64,000 nt of DNA. Source: the human T2T-CHM13v2.0 reference genome, Homo sapiens. Under the pieces are notes generated by a model. It searched no databases. It was not told where the DNA came from and saw only the letters and a program-made list of their open reading frames with translations. Of the stretch, positions 27,676 to 43,320 are shown in pieces. The DNA lies in assembly GCF_009914755.1 (NCBI RefSeq), contig NC_060928.1; one strand, 5' to 3'. A program made the translations under genes and the position numbers. The stretch's first letter is position 1. Each line of letters starts with the position of its first letter.

Positions 27676-30600
27676 CAGTTTTCTCCCAAACTACTTCCCC
27701 AAAATGATTCGCCACCCCTGTTTCTTTCTTCACAAAAATAATATGCTTTTTTTCCCTAGAACTCAGGGGATTTGCAGGAAAAAATAATATATTGACAATT
27801 ATGATAAACAATTTGCCAATCACTTATTTAATTAAAATTGACTTACAAAATTAAATCTTGTTGCAAACATTATGGATATGACTTTTTTATTACCAAGAAA
27901 AAGAAAAGGGTTTGACTGAGATACACTTTTAGATCATAAAATTACAATACTGTTCAATTTGGGTTTTCTTTTCCTTTAAAAAGATTCTATTCCTTCAAAT
28001 ATAATGTACACAGTTTACATAAATCTAGTACAGCATTAATCTGATTAAAATTCTAGCATTTTTAATTATTATTCCCTGAAGAGATACTTGATCATAACAC
28101 AATTAAATGGAAACAGGAACAAGATCAAGAAATTCAGTAAAGTGCATTGTGGGAAAATGAAGAGACCACTACCACAGTCTCATCAAACGAGGGTTTCTCC
28201 TTGAGGCAAATCATGCAAAAGGGTCTCAGAGGCCCTCACCTTCTGTTTACATCACACTAATCAAAGTCTCAAGTCACTGGGTTTACAACCTCCTTAAATC
28301 CCACATCTAATATTTCTAAATATAGATTTGACCCCATTCTTCAAAAGAAGACTCTTAAAATAAGTCTCAGTTCCTGAGGTGGTATGCCATTCTTTATTTT
28401 ATCTCATCACTCTCTCTCAGTTTTTTTATCACTGTGTTGAAACAGTACACAGAATAACCAGTGTTATAAACTGATGTGAGTAGCAGTGACTGGGATATTT
28501 CTCTCCACTACTCATCTTTTTGCTTCCCACAGTATTGATACTCTCTTGACTCTATGACTTAAGATTGTTTTTAGATGATGGAGCTAAAAATAAATTCAAT
28601 TTGGAGACAGCCAAGAGGTGCAAAACAAAGACAATGAAATTTAAAATATGCCTTTTAATGCTATTTGTCTAATCTTCACAGAGAATATGGGTGCTCTAAT
28701 GTCTGCAATATGTACTTATGACTTAAGACAAATATGTTTGGAGTGTTAACTGTCTCACAGCTACTATCCTCAGAGATACATGCAAAAAAGAAAGAAATTA
28801 GAACAGTGCTTTGAAAGTATGCATTTCTCCCTAAAGACAGATGCAGTCTTATTGCATGAGTTTCCACATCCTCTGAAGAAAGAAGCAAGAAAAGTTGAAT
28901 AAAAGTATTGCTTAAATTTTAAACCCATGAATTTGTCAATTTAAATTGCTGCTTTATTTCCAAGGGCATTTGGCAATTTACTTTTTGAATTGGCCACAAG
29001 CTGAATATGATCTCACCTTTCTCATAAAAGGATTCTGTTAAGCCTGAGAGAATATGGGTATGTGGCTCCCCTTAGTGGCCACCGAGAATATCAACATAGT
29101 TCAGAAATAAAAGTTGGGAAAAGTGATGCTTTGAATTATCTCCAGCAAAAGCTCATTGTCTGTCTTCTTCACCACCTGGCAACAGCTGGTATATATGTAA
29201 AAATGAGACAAAAAACAGATAGAGGTCAGATCCAGGAGGACTTCCCTTGTATAGAAAATCAATTTCAAGTAATGAATGTCCCAAGATAAAGTTTCCAAGA
29301 ACTTCTGAAGCTTAAAAAACATGGCTTGACTTAAGGGAGAAGATAGAAGCAAAGCTTCACTCCATATACTGTTTCATTAATAGCTTCAGGTTTAGAAAAG
29401 TAGAATAAATACTACAACACCAGGGGATAGGCTAATAACAGAATATTCCCAACCTGACAAGTAATTTGATGGAAACAGACACAATGAAAAATGGTTATGT
29501 GCAGAATATATTCCAGCTGAGAGTCTTCAATACCAGCAAGTCCCAGAGGTTCTAGGCAGGCACTGAGACATTCACAGTATCAGAATTTCTGGGCCTTGGC
29601 GCAGGTTTCAACCGTGTCCCACATACAACATTGCCTTGGTTCCCTTGAGAGTTCAACCTTCATAGCAGCCACTAAATTCAAAGCATAACTTCTGAGAAAG
29701 GAAAATGCTTTGGAACAAAGATGGGAAGATAGATCTGCTTTCCAAATTTATAAACCTCTATATTTATCGGAACTAGTCAGGCCACAAGCACTATGCACAA
29801 TAACTTATGGACACTGGTAACTGCTCAAGTAAGAGATGGGAGGGAGGCTTGGCCAATCCCACTCCTACCAACAGAGCTGACTCATCAATTCTGATACCTC
29901 ATCCCACCTCTTAAATCAACCTCCCTAACAAATTCATGTGCAACCCTCTTCTTACCTTTGCTCCTTTTCTGATTTTTTTCTTCCTCCATTCTTTACTTTA
30001 ACCTGGACTCTCTCCCTAATACAACCACCTTGTCCAAGTCACATGAACCCCACCTCCAAATACTGTTTTTTCTAGGTTAAGAGCTTGCTTCTTCTCTCTT
30101 GTCCTTTATTTCCCTTAATCATCCTCTAGTGAACTTTCTTCAGCCATCCGTTGTGACTAACATGTTAAGCAGGGTCTCTTAAGGGATTTTACCAAAGACA
30201 CTCTGCTAAAAAGCATTCAAGTTGTAGAGCTTACAGCCCCACATGGTGTCACTATATAATGCGACACACCTCTCAGCTGGCAGACTGTTAAGATGTCTCT
30301 GAATTTTTCAGATACTGAAATTGAGGCTTAGAGCAAGTGTCTTGCCAACTGACAATTACATACAACTTGCTGCTTCTTAAGACAGAGTATTTCCCATTAT
30401 TTAACAGTACCTCTAAAAGATAACAACACAGAAAAAGCTTTGAGGAAAGGGTTAGGTTTTTGGTACTCTTTGAATATCGTCACCCAAATAAAATCCACCT
30501 GACAACATATATTTGAATGTCAGTATTAGAGCAATCTACTTTTTAATTATAACTATTTTGTCCTTTACATTCTACCTTTTTTCTTCACTTCAATATAAAT

Positions 30601-31901
30601 AATTACCCCTTTTTTGATAATGTCTTTTCCCTGGTTATTGTGTACGAATACAAAATACGTTCTCATTTTAAGGGTAATGTTTTCACCTGCCACCTGTCAT
30701 TTAAAATTGCATCTGCAAAAACCAAGCCTTCCTTTTAGTTTTTTTATGTTTTGTTTTCCCAGTAAAGGTTAATTGCAGTCCTGCTTCCATAGCTTCCTCA
30801 CTGCTGCAGAGTTAACCATGGGTTTGCTTCACTGGGAAAGGTTTATCAAAGGTCTGGAATCCAAAACAATGACAGCAATAAATACCAATTAGATCTAGGC
30901 CCTTTGCTCCTACTGCCTTCACAGGTTACAGCAGCAAACTCAGCTTTTGACTTTAGTAAGACTGGACCCTCCTAAAGCCATGGAAGAGGCTGGGCCTTGT
31001 TTTCAAGATCCCTTTTGGATCATAAGTTCTCCTTCCTGATTGAGATGATAACATGGAAACATTAATGAATAGTGTCCCTCCTCCCTACCTTCTCAAAACA
31101 GCTCTTAAATGTCTGCAATTATATTAGGTCTTCGTCGGTGAATTAGGAGTGTAAGTGATACATGAATCTGTCACCTACAATTTATTTTGTCATAGACTAA
31201 CAATTTGAGAAACTGAAATTAGAACTTGATCTTAGGACAGAAAACATGCAAAGCAAAGTAAAAACTGTACATTCTTTCTATTAGGGAGAAATACATAATA
31301 TGTTTCTTACCTATCTTGTATAGTTCCCTTTTTTAAACCATTGACTTTTTAAAATAGAAAAATGCAAATATAGCTATCAAAAAACATAAAGATATACAGA
31401 TATAGAAACTAGTCTGTCACATGAGGAAGACTGGAGTCCCTTGAAAATATTTAGCTATTGAAGTAAACAGAAAAGTGCTAGTAATTTTACTAAAACATTG
31501 AAAAAGCAACACAAATACAAGCTACAGTGACACAAATGCCAGTTACTATGACTTTAGTGTTCTATGGCCAAACAATTAACAGTTATAAAACCAAATGCTT
31601 GTCTGTTTATTGTGGTTAACAAGTATCAAATCAAATTGTAACTTCTGAAAATAAAAGGGCTGTCACTGCAAATCTGGCTTTACAGGTTACTATCTCTATG
31701 GTGAAAAAAGATATAGCAATAAAATTTAAAATTCTTTAATCATTACCATCTCACCATCTTAATGAAACGTTTTTCATTTTTGCTTTAACGTTCCAGTCAT
31801 TGTTCACCTGAATACACATTAATGTAGCCATCATTACATATTTTGTCCCAAATAGTATGGTCACAAACTTTTTGGTAGTTTTATTAAAGATTTTATTTTT
31901 T

Positions 31902-32208
31902 GGCCGAGCATGGTGGCTCACGCCTATGATCCCAGCACTTTGGGAGGCTGAGGCGGGCAGATTACTTGAGGTCAGCCATGGCCTGGCTAACATGACGAAA
32001 CCCTGTCTCTACTAAAAATACAAAAATTAGCCAGGTGTGGTGGCATGCGCCTGTAATCTCAGCTACTCAGGAGGCTGAGGCAGGAGAATTGCTTGAACTC
32101 GGGAGGTGGAGGTTTCAGTGAGCTGAGATCACACCATTACACTCCAGACTGGGGAACAAGAGCAACTCAAAAAAAGAAAGAGAAAAAAGAAAAAGAAAGA
32201 AAGAAAAG
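31902..32208 (+). mobile_element. AluS with small internal deletions and a GAAA-rich tail
   Basis: Dimeric Alu. TSD aaagattttatttttt at 31886-31901 and 32209-32224. Confidence 0.96.
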
Positions 32209-34214
32209 AAAGATTTTATTTTTTTGACTCTCCGTTTGGAAGTCACAAGCTACAAGCAGAGAAATTAATGGGTTTGTCACTATAGGATTGTTAGGTGCTG
32301 AAACATACGTGTTTTTTGTGGCATGTTTTTAGCTCTATCTCCCAAAATATAGGTCCCATTGACCACGAAGGAGATCGTCAAACATCAAAACTAGTTAATT
32401 AGTCAGAATACAGGGGAAAAAAGCACCTAATAGGAAACTCTAAACTACAGGATGCCTGAAATTCTGGTGTTTGGATCCTGCTTACCTGCAGGAATGACTA
32501 ATCAAGCACACTACTGCAGTTTGCTCCAAGCTGAACCTGATCTGAAAGACGGGAATTGGTTAACTATGAGATGCATTATTATTTTAGCTCTGATAAACCT
32601 GGCTAAAACAAACAAACAAAAAACTCTTGCAATTTATGTTTTTTCAGCACAGCAAATTCAATTCACCCAGGAGGTACAAATTGATAAGCAAGGATTCACA
32701 ATATAAAAATAAGAAATTCATGTTTCTCATCTAATGAGTCTTATCCTCCACAAAGAAACAGTAACTGGAAACAAACATCTCTAGAATGCCGTCTATGTCT
32801 TGTTTCCTCTGATTGAGAGGGCAGCTCTATCATCTCATCCACCCAGTAAAGCAGCTGGCACACTGATCTCTGGACGTAACAGCTAAGTGGCAGTGATATA
32901 TGGGCTGGGCTCTTTCTCGGTAGCTATGGAACAGCCACACATAGCTCATCTTTTTAAGAGAATGCCCAAATCATTAGCTCATATTTCATAAAATATTTCA
33001 TTTTCATTATGTCCTTTAGTGTTCTACTACCATTATGAATGGAGACTTATAGGCAAAAAAAAGTTAGAAATAATCAACCTTAAACTAAAATGAGAACTGC
33101 TTTTTATGCATACCTATTTCAAACTATGTCTCTCACTTAGCTGTCAAGTTACTGGACCAAATTACACTTTTATTATTCAGATTATAGGAAGGTAAAAAAT
33201 AAGAGAGTAAGAATCTGTATGTGGGTAGGTGGGAGATCTTTTTAAGGGCGCGTAAACTGAAGGTGAGCTCAACACTTTCTAATAAAGGGACAGAGAAATT
33301 GAGACTGAATTGCAAAGGAAATGCGTATTAAAAATTGTAGAAAGGTTAGCATTCTTCTATCCCTTGTTTGAGGTGATAAGTAAATAGTAGAGTAATGCAG
33401 GAGCTAAGCAAAAAACTAAGAATTATTTGATGACAGTACAGTTTTGAGTGATTCCCCAAGGGCCTGACCATGACGTATATAGCCCAGAGAAGAAGAACAC
33501 TGAACCCAAAGATTCCAAACACTCCACGTGGGAAATTGCATCAAAGACATTTCCCATATCAGCTGCCCTGAGAGTAAGGAATAGCATTCAAAATATTGTG
33601 ATATTGGGGTTCTATGCAAATTTACTGCCCCTGTATTACCTATTAACTTGATCCTTGTTATATTAAACTTCTTTTTAAATGAACAATTCTTTGTAACAAG
33701 AATTCAAGAAATAGAAAAGTTATTTTAAAAATCTGTTCAGCAGTTACTGTCAAGAATGCAGAGAAATCGATGATGAGAAGATGACATTTCTGAGCTAAGA
33801 AATCTTAAGTCTTTCATGGTTCTGATACAAAAGAAACAATTTTATAGAATTTTACCTTTTATCTAAATGGTATGATATCCTTAAATTGTTTTCAATTAAC
33901 TTTTGAATTACTACTGTAACCCTGAGGTTCCATTTATTGTATATTTGTCCACTTTGGTTAATATTATAAAATACAATGAATGTACTAAATTCTCTGTAAA
34001 AAATGTCAAACTATAATAAAAGTGTTTTAAATATTTTTAATATTGTTACTCTTATACTCAGATATAAATCATATGTCTGAAGAATATAAATGGTTTGTTC
34101 CACCTGATTCATCAACTTTTTTCTACTTATAGGAAAGATAAGAGAATGTACTAGTTAACATATGGACATATAATATCATATAATGGGCTGTCTATGTTCT
34201 AATTATATTCTACA

Positions 34215-34350
34215 TTTAATAAGTCCCCCTCAAAATATCTGTTTACCTTTAAATGTACCATCTTTAAAATAAGGCTAATAATATTCACTTCACAGGAGTG
34301 TTTTGAACATGAAATGAGATTATGCTCACAGAGTGCCTTGAATAATTTCT
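34215..34350 (+). mobile_element. MIR fragment
   Basis: catctttaaaataaggctaataatattcacttcacaggagtgttttgaacatgaaatgagat. Confidence 0.6.
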
Positions 34351-34529
34351 AATACAAAATGACATATAATGCATCACATTGATTCCACTTTTCAAAGACA
34401 AAGTACTTTGGTCACAAAACAGCCGAATTTACTGCACATTTTCATATGACATCTTTTGTCGGCAACCCCAAATCCCTACAAACCCTTAATTAAGGGTTTT
34501 TCTTTTCCCTTTTGCCATTGGGTTTATTT

Positions 34530-35385
34530 GATTTTTTATGAGATATAAGATATGATATAACTTTATGAGATATAATTTACATGCCATAAAATATGCCGTT
34601 TAAAATCTAAACTTGAATCAGTTTTGGCAAGCATGTGCATCCATGTAACCACCACCACAGTCAAAATATCAATATTGCCATTTTGCCCCAGAAGTTTTCT
34701 GGTACCCTTGGTAGACAATTCCCCTGCAACTGGTCCCCTCCCATCATTGCTCTACTTCCTATCACCATGGAGTAGTTTGTTCTACAATTTCATATAAATT
34801 GAATTATACAGTATGTACTTTTTTGTGTCTGGTTTCTTTTGTTCAGGATAATGTTTTTTAGATTCATTCGTATTGTATTAGTAAGTCTGTTCACTTTTTT
34901 TGCCAAGTGATATTTTATTATATGGATAAACCACAATGTATTTATTCATTCTCCTGTTAATAACATCTGGGCTGCTTCTAGTTTTAAATTATGAATAAAG
35001 TTGAGTACACTTCAGCTTTTAATCTTATAATGAGTAAAGTTTTAGGCTATTACAAAGATTCCTGTACAGATCTTTGTGTGATCATATGTTTTCTTTTTGC
35101 TTTGGGTAAATAACTAGGAGTAGAATTATGGGTCTTGTGGTAATTATATATTAAACTTGATATGAAACTTTCAAACTGTTTTCCAAGTGATTGTATTGTG
35201 TTATCCTTTCACTAGCAATGTATGAAAGTTCTATTTGCTTTCATCCTCATCAACACTTGGTATTGTCTGTCTTTTTATTTAGCCATTCTATAATAGGTAT
35301 AAAATGGTTTCTCATTGTGGCTTTAATTCCGTATTTTCCTATAACTAATGATACTTTTTTGAGGTATCTACTCACATTTGTTGTC
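34530..35385 (-). mobile_element. L1ME1/L1MB-like 3' end
   Basis: gagatataatttacatgccataaaat...catgtaaccaccaccacagtcaa...catcctcatcaacacttggtattgtc...tagccattctataataggt. Confidence 0.88.
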
Positions 35386-36849
35386 AGCCTTTTAGACATT
35401 TAATTGAAATTTTAAAATTATCTGATTTCTTCTGAATATCTGGGACAATACCTGTGGATCATTTCCCTTGCTTGTGTTTTCAGGGTCAAAAGAATCTTCT
35501 GAGTCAAATTTAACTAGTATTTAATATCTTAGTTTTATTAAATGTAATGCCACACAGTGGGTGGGATAGAGCACGGAAAAGCAAGAGAAATATTGAAAAC
35601 TGGACCCAAACAGAAGCTGAGGCAGAAAACGAGAAAAAGCAACAGAACTAGTGGTCAGGAGGATCAGGAGAAAATCAAGCTTTAAAAACTGGTAAAGGAG
35701 AAAATTTCAGAACAAAAACTATGAGCAGTAAGTGTAAGGTAATGATCTTTTACGTGGTAGCAAGTGTTTTTGTAGAGTCAAGTATGGAAATTCAAAGTAG
35801 CCAAAGAAGATTAACAAATATGACAATGTCACCTTCATAACCTTCCATCTTGTTTCGAGTTCAATACTTTAATAATATGACCAGGTCTTGCTGACTTCTC
35901 GTCCTTACTGAGAAAGCAGCCTCTAGTTAATAGAACAAGAGGTAAGGTTCAGGAACTGTGGCATTTACTCTTTGATATGTTTGTGAGGAACACCTTGCAA
36001 TCTTGCCAAATACTTCATCTTTCTGCATCTCAATTTCCCTAACAATTATATATAAACACCTTGAATAATAGAAGCCTGTATACTTAATCTTTCACACAAT
36101 TAAGAGCAAACAACAACAAAACAATTAGTGCTAATACCATGAGCTCCAGAAATCCTCACAGACGCTCAAATGCTAAAGATTGTTAAGAGTTGTTCTGTGT
36201 TAGATGTGTGGTCTAACCAGACAGACTTTATGTGAAATGCTGTCTTGACAAAAATTTAATAACATGTGTGAAGTGAAAGATTCAGTGTTGAAGAATCCCT
36301 CTGAACATGCTTCCCTTCAGCACTGCCACATGAGAAAAGCAGACATGTGTTCACAGCCGGCTGGCTCCTGGTGTTATTCATTCTCTTTCTTCTCCATCTT
36401 TGAATCCCATTTCTGTGAGCCTTCCTCAGTCACAAATCACAATGACTTAGGAGAGGTGGAAGAGTTATCCTTAGAGGGGAGAATATCAACTCTTCTTTCT
36501 GAACCTTTCTAGGGAAAGAATTATTATAGGTTCTCTGTTTCAACAAGTGCATATGGAATGCCCACTATGGACACTGCGGGAGCAGGCAAAACTTGCCTTG
36601 GTTTTCTATTACATTATTTTCCTTTTAGGACAAACATGTTAGTATTAATACCATTGATTGGCAGACAGTAAAGACAGCGTAAGATCTCTACAACATATCT
36701 CCATTGATATTTTCACTTATATTGCTGTGTCTACAGAGAATTTTTGTTGTACTATAGATATTTTCATTACGGACTAGGGAAAAAGGAAAGATCTGCATTA
36801 TTATCATTTATAGATAAAGAGACAACAAAAATAGGCATCTTAAAATTTA

Positions 36850-37640
36850 AGGCAAAAAAATTTGATTTTGCAACAAAAAAATAAACTGACATAAAAATGG
36901 GCAAAATGCAGTGATAAGATCAACAATCTGAAAAAATAAACAACATAAAGAAATTAATTTTTGCTACAGATAAGTCTTCAAATTTAATCAACTGCACCTC
37001 ATAGAAAAAGAATAAACAGCTATCAGTGCATGGGCAATTTAGAGAAGAGGAAACCCAAAAGGCTAATAAGAAAATGAAGAGATGTTCAAGTTCATTATTA
37101 ATCAGAAGTACAAATTAAAACCACAGTGAAGTTTCAGTCTATACTCTATAGACTAGCAAAAGCCTTAAAGCAATAAAAAGCCAAATGTTGATGGGAATAT
37201 GATGATATGGGGTATGCATGGTGGGCACTACTGATGGGAGACCATCAGCCAGCCCGGAGAAGAGTGCACTGGCAGTATCCAATGAAGTTACATATTTTCC
37301 TGGGTATGTGTCACACCGAAATTCCAACAGTTATATAGGTGGGAAAGCATGAGGATATTCATTACAGTGTTGCTGATGATGATGGGGAGTGGAGGTCTTT
37401 CCTCGGGGGAGTGAACACATACAATATAGTGACCATTATGAAGCTCTATGCAGCAGCTAAAAGAGACACATGAAATAGAGTGCTGAAAAACATCTGTAAA
37501 GAAGAATGACTATAGCACAATGCCACTTATGTAAATTTTTAAAAATATACACATTAACAACAAAATACATTTAAAAGAATACATATGTTCAGAAGGATAC
37601 ACATTAAATATATTAGAATGACTGCCCATAAAAAAGGGGG
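36850..37640 (+). mobile_element. Old L1ME fragment (ORF2 end and 3' UTR)
   Basis: ggcaatttagagaagaggaaacccaaaaggctaataagaaaatgaagagatgttcaagttcattattaatcagaagtacaaattaaaaccaca. Confidence 0.72.
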
Positions 37641-38739
37641 AATGTAAAATGGAAGTGGAAATAAGAGTAAATAAACAAACAAAACAAGAAAGTGGCTTTG
37701 GAGGAACAATGATGGTAGGTAAGACCAAAAAGGAAACGAGGCCAAAGACCAAAAAGGAAAACCAAGGGGCAAGCGAAGGAAAACAGAAAGAGAGAAAGAG
37801 TGCTACCTCTAGGAAATAACCAAAATAATTAAGTATTGCCTTCTTGTTATCTCTGTACTCTTTGTTGTGAAAGTAGCAGACTTTTAGATAAACTGGAAAC
37901 ATTTTTTATAGGGAAAGAAACCAGTTTTCTTTGAAATGTAAGGATAGTGACAGGGAAGGGTTTGGATCATACTCCTAGGATTCATCTTGCCACACTTGTG
38001 GCAACCAGCAGACAAGAAATAGAAGCTATTGTGATAGCTGACAAAAATAAAACAGCCTTTAAAATAAGGCTCCGTGTGCTGTTAGCAAACAAAGTTACAA
38101 TGAGTAAGGCTACAGAGCTCATAGTAAGTCCAATAGTGGAAATACTAGGAAAGGATCGCACCCCCAAAATCTTAATAAAATGCCAATTCCCTAGATACAG
38201 CGTTACAAATATATTTTGATCACTATAGTGCAATATTCTTACCTTTTTCAAGTATAAAAATTCTCTGAAAATCTTTAAGAAAATAATAATGATTGAACTT
38301 TACCTTAGAGAGTATACAGATAAACTTGGGCTTGGATGAGGAATTAAAATATTTCAAAAACTTCTGTTTTCTATAAAGAATAGTCTTTATCTTTTATATG
38401 GGAACAGCCTGATGAATGTCAGTTGTCTAACAGAGTTTGAAAGCAGCATGCCAGCTCCTCCATTTCAAGGAGGGTTAACAGCTGCTGTAGGGGAAAATGG
38501 GATTACCTGTTCAAATAGCTTTATAAACTATGGGTTAAGCAAAAGCTTGTGTTTCATAAACTACAGGACGTGTCAGAGCCTATGCTATGTTAGTACGCAC
38601 TGTGAATATTCCAGATGTGTTGGATACAGCATTTCTTGATCTTATCTCACTGCAGACTCCATTCGCTGCAAAGCTCTTTGGGAGACTAATGTTCTTTCAT
38701 ACACACTTCCAGACATGCTCTTCTAGGTCAGGAGTTACC

Positions 38740-38950
38740 ATATCTGGTTCATCATCAAAATCACACGGAGATATCTTCAGGTACAGATATAGATAGAAAT
38801 ATATAGAGATAGACTGTAGGTTCCATCAAGACTGACAGACTCAGAATTTCTGGTGGAGATGAGGAAGAAATTATGGGAAGCCCAGAAATTTGTGTTTTTA
38901 GTAAACTTTTCAGGTAATTTTGTTAATTGATCAAATTTGGGTATCATGCA
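38740..38950. mobile_element. MER5-like hAT MITE, degenerate
   Basis: catcaaaatcacacggaga...actcagaatttctgg...cccagaaatttgtgtttttagtaaacttttcaggtaatt. Confidence 0.5.
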
Positions 38951-39012
38951 AGACTTAATTGAAGCATACAACATTATTATCTGGTATGAAAGTCCCAAAG
39001 GTCTTTGTAAAG

Positions 39013-39336
<324 letters not shown>

Positions 39337-40044
39337 CTTTGTATAGGTTTAAACTTTAATAACTTCAGAAGTATAATGCTACACACTTACCAAAAAAAAA
39401 AAAAAACACTTGGAAGGTTAAATTTTCTAAATATTGTCATGTTTCTTATTCTAGTTTAACATAACCACTCTCTTGTGCTATGTATTGCTATAGTCAATAT
39501 TCAAACTTTGCAGAAACAAAGGCATTGCATTTGTAATCTGAGCTTTAATATATCCAAAGAGTGAGGTGTTGAATCACACACAGTGCTTGTGATGTGACCT
39601 CACAAGAGTTTAATGGCGAGAGATCAGTTTAGTGAGGTGGCCAAGGAAGAGGACTTGCTGCACCAGAAAGTGTGGCATGAAAAAAAATTAAATTAAAAAC
39701 TTACTTTTCATTATTTACTTTAATTACTTATGTTGTTAATTCAACAATCTGCCGTTGTACCTGAAGTAAATAACATTTCATGTTTAAGATGAATATCGTG
39801 AAGAATAAGAGGGCTCAAGTTGTTTTCCAAATTATCAAATTAAATTTTCATTTGCCATAACTGTGATGTGCAAATATACACTTAAGAAAAGTAGCAGTCT
39901 GTGAATTGATTGATTGTAATTCTTATATCAATGAGATATTCAGTGAACAAAAACAACTAATCCTCAGCCATTTCAGGTAAACAAGAAATTGCAATTTTAA
40001 TTTAACTAATCTTGTAGGGAGAAATATATAGAAAGAGGTATTTA

Positions 40045-40336
<292 letters not shown>

Positions 40337-42070
40337 TACTTCAAGTTCTAGGGTACGTGTGCACAATGTGCAGATTTGTTACATAGGTATACATGTGCCA
40401 TGTTGGTTTGCTGCACCCATCAACTCATCATTTATATTAGGTATTTCTACTAAGGCTATCCCTCCCCCAGCCCCCAACCCCCCAACAGGCCCCAGTGTGT
40501 GATGTTCCACTCCCTGTGTCCATGTGTTCTCATTGTTCAACTCCCACTTATGAGTGAGAACATGTGGTGTTTGGTTTTCTGTCCTTATGATATTTGCTGA
40601 GAATGATGGTTTCCAACTTCATCCATGTCCCTGTGAAGGACATGAACCCATCCTTTTTTATGGCTGCATAGTATTCCATGGTGTATATGTACCACATTTT
40701 CTTTATCCAGTCTATTATTGATGGACATTTGGGTTGGTTCCAAGTCTTTGCTATTGTGAATAGTACCTCAATAAACATACATGTGCATGTGTCTTTATAG
40801 TAGCATGATTTATAATCCTTTGGGTATATACCCAGTAATGGGATTGCTGGGTCAAATGGTATTTCTAGTTCTAGATCCTTGAGGAATCACCACACTGTCT
40901 TCCACAATGGTAGAACTAATTTACACTCCAACCAACAGTGTAAAAGTGTTCCTATTTATCCACATCCTCTCCAGCATCTGTTGTTTCCTGACTTTTTAAT
41001 GATTACCATTCTAACTGGTGTGAGATGGTATCTCATTGTGGGTTTGATTGGCATTTCTCTGATGACCAGTGATGATGAGCATTTTTTTTCATATGTATGT
41101 TGGGTGCATAAATGTCTTCTTTTGAGAAGTGCCTGTTCATATCCTCTGCCCACTTTTTGATGGGGTTGTTTGTTTTTTCTTATAAATTTGTTTAAGATCT
41201 TTGTAGATTTTGGATATTAGCCCTTTGTTGATGGATAGATTGCAAAAATTTTCTCCCATTTGGTAGGTTTCCTGCTCACTGTGATGATAGTTTCTTTTGC
41301 TGTGCAGAAGCTCTTTAGTTTAATTAGATCCCATTTGTCAATTTTGGCTTTTGTTGCCATTGCTTTTGGTGTTTTAGTCATGAAGTCTCTGCCCATGCCT
41401 GTGTCTTGAATGGTATCGCCTATGTTTACTCCTAGGATTTTTATGGTTTTAGGTCTTACATTGAAGTCTTTAATCCATCTTGAGTTAATTTTTGTATCAG
41501 GTGTAAGGAAGGGATCCAGTTTCAGCTTTCTCCATATGGCTAGCCAGTTTTCCCAGCACCATTTATTAAATAGGGAATCCTTTCCCCATTGCTTGTTTGT
41601 GTCAAGTTTGTCAAAGATCAGATGGTTGTAGATGTGCAGTGTTATTTCTGAGGCCTCTGTTCTGTTCCATTGGTCTACATATCTGTTTTGGTACCAGTAC
41701 CATGCTGTTTTGGTTACTGTAGCCTTGTACTATAGTTTGAAGTCAGGTAGTGTGATGCCTCCAGCTTTGTTCTTTTTGCTTAGGATTGTCTTGGCTATGC
41801 AGGCTCTTTTATGATTCCATATGAAATTTAAAGTAGTTTTTTCCAATTCTGTGAAGAAAGTCAGTGGTAGCTTGATGGGAATAGCATTGAATCTATAAAT
41901 TACTTTGGGCAGTATGGCCATTTTCATGATAGTGATTCTTCCTATCCATGAGCATGGACTGTTCTTCCATTTGTTTGTGTCCTCTTTTATTTTGTTGAGC
42001 AGTGGTTTGTAGTCCTCCTTAAAGAGGTCCTTCACATCCCTTGTAAGTTGGATTTCTAGGTATTTTATTC
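40337..42070 (-). mobile_element. L1PA (PA6-8-like), 5'-truncated, ~1.7 kb; ORF2 C-terminal remnant plus 3' UTR
   Basis: Minus-strand ORFs [13 protein letters not shown]...WIGRI...[18 protein letters not shown] and TIAKTWNQPKCPS...WIKKMW match L1 ORF2p. 3' UTR tacttcaagttctagggtac. Confidence 0.98.
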
Positions 42071-42576
42071 AGAAAGAGATATTTAAATATATCTCTTCAA
42101 ATAATGGTAATAAAATAATTTTAATTTCCATAACCAAACTTTAAAATTATGGCTTTTATAAGTTTATAGCCTTTATATTTCATATCTTATTAAATTGTAC
42201 TTTAATTTTAACTTAAATTATGGGATCCTGTATGAGACAAATATATAAAACCCATATATCCATGCTAGTATGAAAATATAATTTATAGTCACTTATTATT
42301 AATTCATTCAGGGAGATGGCCATTATTCAATAAATGTTTGTTGAGTGTCTACTTTATAGCTGGAACTGTTTGAGATAGAGCTTATAGCTAAAGAAACAGA
42401 TAAAGTCCCTGTCCTCATGCCACTTATATTCTACATAGGGAAGTCAAATGATAAACAAAGAATTAAAACATAGATGTGTCAGATACTGATGAGTGGAAAG
42501 GACAGTAAACAAAGAAAGGAGCATAGACAATTCGCTGGGAGGCTGGAGGAGTTGCTGTTTTATATAAGATGATTAA

Positions 42577-42945
<369 letters not shown>

Positions 42946-43148
42946 TACCACATTATTATCTGAGGAAAGGCAGTTTCAGACAGAGGAAACCCTAAGTGCC
43001 CACAGGAAGTGTGCTTGACAGGCTGAAAGAACAGTAAGGGGCCAGCATTCCTGGAGCATAATGAGAGATGGAGCAAAGTGGTGGAAACTCTGGAGGGTTT
43101 GGAGCAGAAGAGTGGCATGACCTGATTTACATTTTAAAATGAGAGACT

Positions 43149-43320
43149 GGCCAGGAACTGTGGCTCATGACTATAATCCTAACACTTTGGGAGGCTGAGG
43201 TGGGAGGATCTCTAGAGCCCAGGAGGTAGAGGGTCCAGTGAGCCATGATCGTGCCACTGCACTCCAGCCTGTGTGATAGAGCAAGACTCTCAAAAAAATA
43301 AAATAAAAAATAAATAAAAA
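43149..43320 (+). mobile_element. Monomeric Alu (FRAM/FAM-like)
   Basis: Single monomer with A tail. TSD aaaatgagagac/aaaagagagac. Confidence 0.88.

Noticed and set aside
40548-42035. Functional L1 ORF2 or reverse transcriptase system
   Set aside because: 5'-truncated to ~1.7 kb and broken into several frames. The EN and RT core domains are absent.
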